Origin: Eledone cirrhosa
Lineage: Eukaryota
NCBI GenBank assembly: GCA_964016885.1
Contig: OZ024759.1
Coordinates: forward strand, 15,004,001-15,068,000
Reading direction: 5' to 3'
DNA length: 64,000 nt
Shown: one piece after another, positions 55,490-64,000 of the stretch
Position numbering within the stretch: the stretch's first letter is position 1
How the letters are laid out: every line of letters starts with the position of its first letter
Notes under the pieces: model-generated
Databases searched by the model: none
Seen by the model: the letters and a program-made list of their open reading frames with translations, nothing else
Told to the model about the DNA's origin: nothing
Made by a program: the position numbers and the translations under genes

Positions 55490-56400
55490 ATAATCGTTTC
55501 TACGTTAGGCACAAGGCCAGCAATTATCCCAGTGTATTACTGGTACTTTATTTCATCGACCCCCGTAAGGATGAAAGGCAAAGTTAACCTCGGCGGGATT
55601 TGAACACAGATCGTAAAGGCCCGAAACTCTATGCTGCAAAGCATGGCGTCCGACCCTCTACCGATACTGCCTATATAATAATTGTTTCTACGTTAGGCAC
55701 AAGGCCAGCAATTACCCCAGTGTATTACTGGTACTTTATTTCATCGACCCCCGTAAGGATGAAAGGCAAAGTTAACCTCGGCGGGATTTGAACACAGATC
55801 GTAAAGGCCCGTAACTCTATGCTGCAAAGCATGGCGTCCGACCCTCTACCGATACTGCCTATATAATAATTGTTTCTACTTTAGGCACAAGGCCAGCAAT
55901 TACCCAGTGCATTACTGGTACTTTATTTTATCGACCCCGTAAGGATGAAAGGCAAAGTCAACCTCGGCGGGATTTGAACTCAGATCGTAAAGGGACGTAA
56001 CTATGCTGGAAAGCATGGCGTTCGGCCCTCTACTGATACTGCCAATCCACCGCCCAACAATTTTGGGGGAGGGGAGCAGTCGATTAAATTGACCCAGCGT
56101 ATTACTCGAACTTTATTTTATCGATGACCGACAAAAGCTAACCGATACTGCGAAACCACCGCCCTTATAATAATGGTTTCTGATTTAAACACAAGGCCAG
56201 CAATTTTGGGGGGAGGGCAAATTAGAGAACGAAAGTGAAAAAGAGATAAAGAGGTAGACACCAGTATTTGACTGGTATTTTTTTATCAACCCCGAAAAGA
56301 TGAAAGGCAAAGTTGACTTCGGTGGTAGTAGAAAGCCGAAACGAATACTGCAAAGCATTCTATCTGACGTTCTAATGACTCTGCCAATTCACCGCCTTCA
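55490..56400 (-). mobile_element. Tandem SINE array with 188-bp period
   Basis: GTTTCTAC unit starts at 55496, 55684 and 55872; the first two units are near-identical; older SINE pieces follow. Confidence 0.9.
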
Positions 56401-56429
56401 CGTTTTGCAGCGGCTCTGTAAAAAGCAGA

Positions 56430-56715
56430 TAGTGTGGGGTTTTATGGTTGAATAAACAAATGTACACCATTATCTCTCCAGTTGAATCTATACAAACCCA
56501 CAAATCTGAAAGACAAGGGCACTGTGTGATGTCAGGCAGAATGAATTATTCGCCCTGCATGTTTCTTGAATTAGACAGGTGCAACTGTCAGCACTTCCGA
56601 TCTCATGAGCTTGTCTCAAACGTATGCACACAGCCCACCTCTGTAGCACTGACATACACCGGGGTGTATTGGAAATGATTCATAATCTCCGATACTAAAA
56701 GTTCTCCAGAAGAAT
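56430..56715 (-). pseudogene. Old L1/Tx1 ORF2 C-terminal relic
   Basis: Minus-strand RTFSIG...CQCYRGGL..V*DKL resembles RTFRPG...WQCYRGALPVRDKL. Confidence 0.5.
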
Positions 56716-56739
56716 CTGTTTTGAGTGCTCTTGTTAACA

Positions 56740-57465
56740 TCCATCACCACTGCAACCACCACCAGAACAACAACAGAAATCTCCACCACCACCACCACAA
56801 AAGCAACAACAGTAATAATAGCAACCACCACTACAATAACAACGACAATATCAACCAACAACAACAACTATATCAAAACACCACCACCATCACCACATAA
56901 GCAACAACAATTATAACAGCAACCACCACCACGACCGCCACAACAACAACTATATCAACCACCACCACCGCCACAACAACAACAAAAACAACAACTCTAA
57001 TCAACCACCAACTGCCAACCTCCACCACCACCACCTCACAACAACAACAACAACCATACCAAGCTCCACCACCAACTCCAACCAGCACCACAACAACAAC
57101 GGCAACTATATCAACCACCAACCGCCAACTACTACCACCACCGCTACCGCTACCACCGCCGCCGTTACCACAAGCACCACCACCACCCAACCAACACTAC
57201 CACCATCATATCGCCACAACAACAACAGTAACTATATCAACCACCAACTGCCAACCACCACCACCACCACCGCTACCACCACCACTACCACTACCACCAC
57301 GAACCAACACTACCACCACCACTATCGCCACAACAACAACAGCAACTATATCAACCACCAACCGCCAACCACTAACACCACCACCACCGCTACTACAACC
57401 ACCACCACCACCACCAACCAACACTACCACCACTACTACCGCCACAACAACTATATCAACCAATA
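56740..57465. repeat. (CCA)/(ACA) low-complexity tract
   Basis: Directly visible; recurrent AACTATATCAACCACC block. Confidence 0.9.
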
Positions 57466-58261
57466 GCAAGTAGAATAAACATCACATAAACATTTGAGAA
57501 TATCAACCGAGAATTGTAATATGAAGAATGATAATGAAAGCTAACGTTAAAGTAATAATGATTCATTATATATATTATAAATAAATCCTTATTTTAAAAT
57601 GGTTTATTGCGACGCCATTTTGACCTCGTCTGGATTCATTCGGTTTCGGTATAATCAGAACTACGCATGCTCTATTAATTCATACTCACCGTTTATATAG
57701 AATTAATTTCTCTGTTGTATGATGGCTCATTGTGTAATATTTATTGTATATTTATTGTATATTTATTGTATATTTATTGTATATTTATTGCTAAAACTTT
57801 TGTCGACAGCAACGAACGATAGAGCTTCTACGTGGTTCATCGACCTGCTAGAAGTAGGAGGCAACTCTTTCTCATAACATACCGTATGATCTTTTGTTAA
57901 TGAAAAAAAGAACCTTTTTCATGACAAACCTACGATGTTTAAAAGAAATCAATTATACATGAACGTATATCAGCTATATTTTTACAAAAAGAAGTCATAT
58001 ACAATGATGGAAGTATGGAGACAAAAGATAAAAACAAAATTAAGCAATGAAAAGAGGGGGAAGAGGTAAAGAAAAGTAGATCTGGTTGTATAGGAAAGTA
58101 GAGGAAAGGATTATAAATGCCAGGAATGAAAGGAAAAGAAAGGAATAAGCAAAGATTATTTGGCTACCTAAGAAAGAGAGAGAAAGGAGAGAAGGTGAAG
58201 GACATTAAAAGAAATAAACGAGAGATTTTGCCTTAAATATTTGAGCAAATCTAGTTAGATA

Positions 58262-58437
58262 CAGGTAAAATTCCGTTATAACGAATACCATTATAACGAA
58301 TTTTTCAGTATAACGAATTTTTTTTCAATCCCCGGCCACACGCTCGATGTGTTAGGTCGATCTCATTATAAAGAATTGTTCGTTACAACGAATTTTTCTT
58401 TATACCCCGTGAATTTCGTTGTAACGGAATCTCTCTG
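58262..58437. mobile_element. Tc1/pogo-type MITE
   Basis: TA|CAGGTAAAATTCCGTTATAACGAA ... TTCGTTGTAACGGAATCTCTCTG|TA imperfect TIRs; internal TATAACGAA repeats. Confidence 0.8.
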
Positions 58438-59269
58438 TATATAGAAAAAGATGTTGCGGTCATGGTGAGTTTGTGTTTGATGACATACCTGCTTCACCTC
58501 AGCTGATAATGTACCTTAATAACAACTACAGCTACAACAACAACAACAGCAGCAACAACAGCATCAACATTAGAAACAACATCATCAACAATAACAGCTA
58601 CAACAAGAACAGCAACAACAACAGTATCAACAATTACTACAACAACAATGACAGCATCAACGACAACAACAACAACAACAACATCATAAACAACTTCAAC
58701 TTTAAAAAAAGCAGCCAACGACTTTCAACTTGCATTGACGAACATACAAACTTACTCGGTCTGTCTGTCTGTGTGTGTGTCTTTAATATATATACATACA
58801 CACAGGTATGTGTGTATGACATCTGATGTTTCCACAGAAAAAAAGATCGATATAATGACTTGAGATGGATATGATCACCTAAATCAAGGCTTTGCCCCAG
58901 TATGGCCTCAGTCTGATGACAGAAAGCAAGAAAAGAATGTTTTTTTTTATATAGGCACAAGGCCAGCCATTAAGGTGGGGGGAATCGATTAAATCGACCC
59001 CAGTTCGAGACTGGTACTTCATTATCGACTCCGGAAGTATGAAAGACAAAGTTAACCTCTGCGGGATTTGAACTCAGAACGTAAAGGGCCATAACTTCAT
59101 GCTTTACAGCATGGCGTCCGATCTTCTACTGATACTGCCAACCTATCCGCTCTAAAGAAGGCAATAAGATAATATAATTGTTTCTACTTTTGGCACAAGG
59201 CCAGCAATTATTCCAGTGTATTACTGGTACTTGATTTTATCGACCCCATAAGAATGAAATGTAATCTAA

Positions 59270-59690
59270 TCTGGCCGAGTTTACACTTGCAAATAAGAAG
59301 AACCAGAGCCGTTCCTAGGAGCATTGGATTTGGTGGACTTCATATTTGTTTCGGTTGCTGAATACAATCAGGGGTAGCTGCTTCTCCTGAAGGTCAATAG
59401 TTCTCTTCTCACACGAGCGGGAGCGCCTTTCCATTGTCAATTTGCATTGATCATATCATCTGCAAAGCCGCATTGTTCTCAGAACCACTACACCAGTCTT
59501 TCGATGCGTGCAGCTGGAACTACGGCCACCCATATATTTGGCCGGATCGCAACTCATTTGCATTGTAAAGCTGAGTAAACTGGAGCAACGTGAAATAAAG
59601 TGTCTTGCTCAAGGATACAACACATCACCCGGTCCGAGATTCGAACTCACAACCTTTCGATTGCAAGCCCAATGCTCTAACCACTAAGAC
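59270..59690 (-). mobile_element. CORE-like SINE with a different, LINE-like tail
   Basis: tRNA-like head (GAGTTCGAATCTC), ATCCTTGAGCAAGACACTT CORE-like block; tail translates to MLLGTALVL...*. Confidence 0.6.
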
Positions 59691-60072
59691 ATCAAGGATG
59701 AAAGGCAAAGTTAACCTCGGCGGTATTTGAACTCAGACTATAAAGGGCCATAACTCTTTGCTGAATGATAACGGATTATATATAAGCATTGGACTAGAGT
59801 CCATATTATTCTCTTCTATGTTGCTATTTCTCTCCTTTCTATATTTTTCTCATTTAGCTAACCTCTTGCACACCATTCTCTCCCTTCTTTGTTACTTGAC
59901 ACACCTGGGATACTTTTTTCATCTATATTTGGGTAACTTGTCTCAACCTGTTTTGTTGTCCCAATGTGCACTGAACGAATGGTATCAACGTTAAAGAACC
60001 GAAACCGTAGTGATGTCCAGAGGATGACCCAAAAGTCACTAGATCATTTCAAATTATAATATACGTATATAC

Positions 60073-60262
60073 GAAGGGCGGTAGATTGGCAGTATCAGTA
60101 GAGGGTCGGACGCCATGCTTTCCAGCATGTACGTCCCTTTACAATCTGAGTTCAAATCCCGCCGAGGTTGACTTTGCCTTTCATCCTTACGGGGTCGATA
60201 AAATAAAGTACCAGTAATGCACTGGGCAATTGCTGGCCTTGTGCCTAAAGTAGAAACAATTA
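60073..60262 (+). mobile_element. Full-length tRNA/Deu(Nin)-domain SINE with candidate TSD
   Basis: Complete unit; AATTATAATATACGTATA at 60052 recurs at 60258. Confidence 0.9.
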
Positions 60263-60432
60263 TAATATACGTATATAAAACTGTTTAGTGACATTTGGGC
60301 CACACTGTATGACTGTACGTGTGTGTATGCATATATATATATATGTCTCTTTCTCGCCACCCTCTCTCTCTCTCTCTCTCTCTCATATATAAATATATAT
60401 ATAAGGATTGTAACGTCAAGTTACTCTCAGTT

Positions 60433-60490
<58 letters not shown>

Positions 60491-60950
60491 TGCGTATATA
60501 TGTGTGTATTTGTGTGGGAGTATACATACGTATACAGATAAATAAACGGATTAAAGTAGACATAATTCATTTGGCCGTGTAATATAGATAAGTATTTTCG
60601 GTGGTGGTGTACAAGGCAAATATATGAATATATGAAGTCTCCGAACCAATTGTTCCATCTTTAACAATCATATGATATTAACCCATCCCACCAAACAAAT
60701 GTCAATCATAAGGTGCCTTACGTACGACATTCTGCTATTTCCATGCGAATAAATCTGTCAGTCTGTCATGCTCTAAGCCAAAACAAGGCCCAGAGATATA
60801 AGGTTACATACAGCTACTGCTTTCAGATTTAATATAACTACTGTGAAAATTACATAACATCATATTATGGCTGCCTATTTCCATGCACACATCTATTACT
60901 CCCATCATGGATTAGAGATTACGAGTGTATGTAGGTGTGTATATATATAC

Positions 60951-61004
<54 letters not shown>

Positions 61005-61049
61005 ATATATATATATATGTGTGTGTGTACGTGTGTGCTAGTGTGTGCG

Positions 61050-61090
<41 letters not shown>

Positions 61091-61178
61091 ATATATATGA
61101 AAAATTGCTGAACTCTGACAAGTAATGGTGTAAATGGTTTTTACCACCTCCATTCTGATATATATATATATATATATT

Positions 61179-61265
<87 letters not shown>

Positions 61266-61584
61266 ATATATATATATATGAGTTTAAGCCGTTTCTCGAC
61301 TTTCGTAGCACGTTACTCTCTCTCTCCCTCTCTGAACTCTCTGAACTCTCTGAATATCTAACATTTTAATTGTATCTCTCTCTGTATAACAGCCTCTCTC
61401 TCTTTCTGCCTCTCCCTCTGTGTATCTCTCTCTCTCTCACTCTCTCTCTCTCTCTCTCTTTAGATGTGTGTTTATGTATTTGTATGTGTGTGTGTGTGTG
61501 TGTGTTCGTGTGTACATTTACAGTAGAACAAAATCGATTCAAATGTTTATAAATATATATATATACATGTGTATATATATATAC

Positions 61585-61651
<67 letters not shown>

Positions 61652-61959
61652 CATACATAGAATATCTAAAAGAATATAAGTATATACATATGTACATGTT
61701 TTATTGGATGGGCGTTTTATTCTTCTGAGTTCCTCAGCCTTTTTGTCGGGTCTGTTCTTCATCCCGCAAGGTGTCCAAAGTCACCTTTCTTACCAATCAA
61801 TATTGGTGGGTTTGCCGGTTTAATTACCAACGACCCGACCATGCAACAAGTTGTATTCATTTAAATGTTATCAGTAGCGCTGAAACGTGAGCCAACATCA
61901 ATCAAACGAGTAATTTTCTATATGAGGTGTCTAAGGCAGGTCTGTGGCGTAAAATAAGG

Positions 61960-62495
61960 TGATAGAGGGAAAAATATCGAAGTGCTATCTCAATGCAATA
62001 TATCTGGATTAGACACCTTCTTGATCAAATTCCACATGAGATAGTGCGACAACCTTTTGAGAATGAATAATGAAAGAATCCCAAAGCAATTATTATTTGG
62101 TCAACTTAAAGGCTCTCGTAGAAAAGGTAAGCCGACGACTACCTCGCTACAAAGACAAACTTAGGGACAATTTGAAACGTTTGAATATGAATACTAACAG
62201 CTGGGAAAATGTTGCCAATAATAAGACAGCCATATGTAGCTTGTTATATTAAGAAGAACGTATAAGTCATCATGAGCAGTTATATGTAAATCGAAAACAA
62301 AATTATCAAGATAACGCCGTTTCTACAAACTATCAATGTCTTCATTGCAACCTTTCAGTTAGGTCAAATGCTGGGCTAAAGAATCACCTCAGGACTCTGA
62401 TGGTTCCTGAAATCTTTGAAAACTTGACATGCAGTCTCTGTAACTATCCCAGTAAAGATACTACAGGTCTGAAATTACACATGTGTGCTCACTAA
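61960..62495 (+). pseudogene. RTE (BovB-like) LINE 3' relic with two C2H2 fingers
   Basis: RMNNERIPKQLLFGQL, RYKDKLRDNLK, CLHC..AGLKNHLR, CSLC..GLKLHM. Confidence 0.75.
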
Positions 62496-63202
62496 ATGAT
62501 ATCATGTTGGGAGATTTTCTTTACTGAAATCCACTAACCAGTTCTTGGCTGTGAACGGCTCTTGGTGTATCTTCTGTTGTACACTCAAACAACGTTTTCG
62601 ACTCCATCATATATATATAAATATATATATATAATATATATAATATATATATATATATTATATATATATATTGTATATATATATTGTATATATATATTGT
62701 ATATATATATTGTATATATATATTGTATATATATATTGTATATATATATTGTATATATATATTGTATATATATATTGTATATATATATTATATATATATA
62801 TTATATATATATATTGTATATATATATTATATATATATATTGTATATATATATTATATATATATATTGTATATATATATTATATATATATATTATATATA
62901 TATATTATATATATATATTATATATATATATTATATATATATATTATATATATATATTATATATATATATTGTATATATATATTATATATATATATTGTA
63001 TATATATATTATATATATATATTATATATATATATTATATATATATATTATATATATATATATTATATATATATTATATATATATAATATATATATATTG
63101 TATATATATATATATTATATATATATATATTATATATATATATATTATATATATATATTATATATATATATATATTATATATATATGTTATATATATATA
63201 TT

Positions 63203-63266
<64 letters not shown>

Positions 63267-63294
63267 ATATATATATATATTATATATATATTAT

Positions 63295-63351
<57 letters not shown>

Positions 63352-63396
63352 ATATTATATATATATTATATATATATATATATAGATAGAGAGAGA

Positions 63397-63577
63397 CTAT
63401 TGGATTTGCAATCGTGAGGTTGTGAGTTCGATTCCCGGAGCTGGTGATGCATTATGTCCTTGGGCAAAACACTTTATTTCACGTGGCTCCTTCTACCTGG
63501 AGATGCGACCGATAGATAGTATTAGCAATTGGAAACACCAACGGAAACATTGTTTCCTCGGTCCGATTTGACGACTG
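63397..63577 (+). mobile_element. CORE-like SINE, 5'-truncated
   Basis: GAGTTCGATTCCC B-box, TGTCCTTGGGCAAAACACTT, tail GGAAACATTGTTTCCTCGGTCCGATTTGACG. Confidence 0.7.
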
Positions 63578-63578
63578 T

Positions 63579-63656
<78 letters not shown>

Positions 63657-64000
63657 ATATAAAATATATAGAAATAGACATACAAAGTGTTTATTCGTAG
63701 ATTATATGCATTGCACCAAAGTGGTTTTTCAACCCATGTAAATCTAAACACACTTCTTTGTGTGTTTATTTCTATATATTATAAAGAGCCCAGCTTATAC
63801 TTTGCGCTCATACATTATAGGGTTTAACGCGAGTTTTTAACTCCGGTTTTCATTTGTATATATATATATATGTATGTATGTATATGTGTCTGTGTAATGT
63901 TATGATCATTTCCTGTTCGTTAATCCGTTATTAGTTTTCAGGTATAGATCAATAAATCCCTGTGTAAGCAGAATTGAACACTAAACGTATATATATATGT

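Noticed and set aside
56616-58960. Mucin-like, Gly/Val-rich or Asn-rich ORFs
   Set aside because: Trinucleotide low-complexity tracts open in several frames on both strands
59965-60015. Hammerhead-like CTGAACGA...GAAAC
   Set aside because: Core deviates from CUGANGA and stem I is unconvincing; at best a decayed relic
60073-60170. tRNA gene
   Set aside because: A/B boxes run into the SINE body and no convincing cloverleaf is visible

Overview
Gene-free, extremely microsatellite-rich eukaryotic DNA. A cephalopod (octopus-like) source is inferred from the repeat content, not proven. Almost all listed ORFs are translations of (TA)n/(CA)n/(GATA)n tracts. The real coding content is retrotransposon-derived: (i) an intact 1145-aa L1/Tx1-clade ORF2 (40972-44409, minus) plus several truncated relatives, the four young copies all embedded in (GATA)n, two with target-site duplications; (ii) a disrupted RLE-type (R4/Dong-like) LINE at ~49961-52650; (iii) relics of RTE, CR1-like and Penelope-like elements. 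Non-coding elements include tandem clusters of a tRNA-derived Deu/Nin-domain SINE, a CORE-type SINE, non-autonomous Helitrons and a TA-flanked MITE. The most unusual signals are about ten hand-foldable minimal type I hammerhead ribozymes from several families with co-varying palindromic stem III, many fold-back palindromes nested in (TA)n, and an apparent partitioning of microsatellite targets among retroelement families. No host protein-coding exon could be supported. Coordinates were counted by eye and relic boundaries are approximate.
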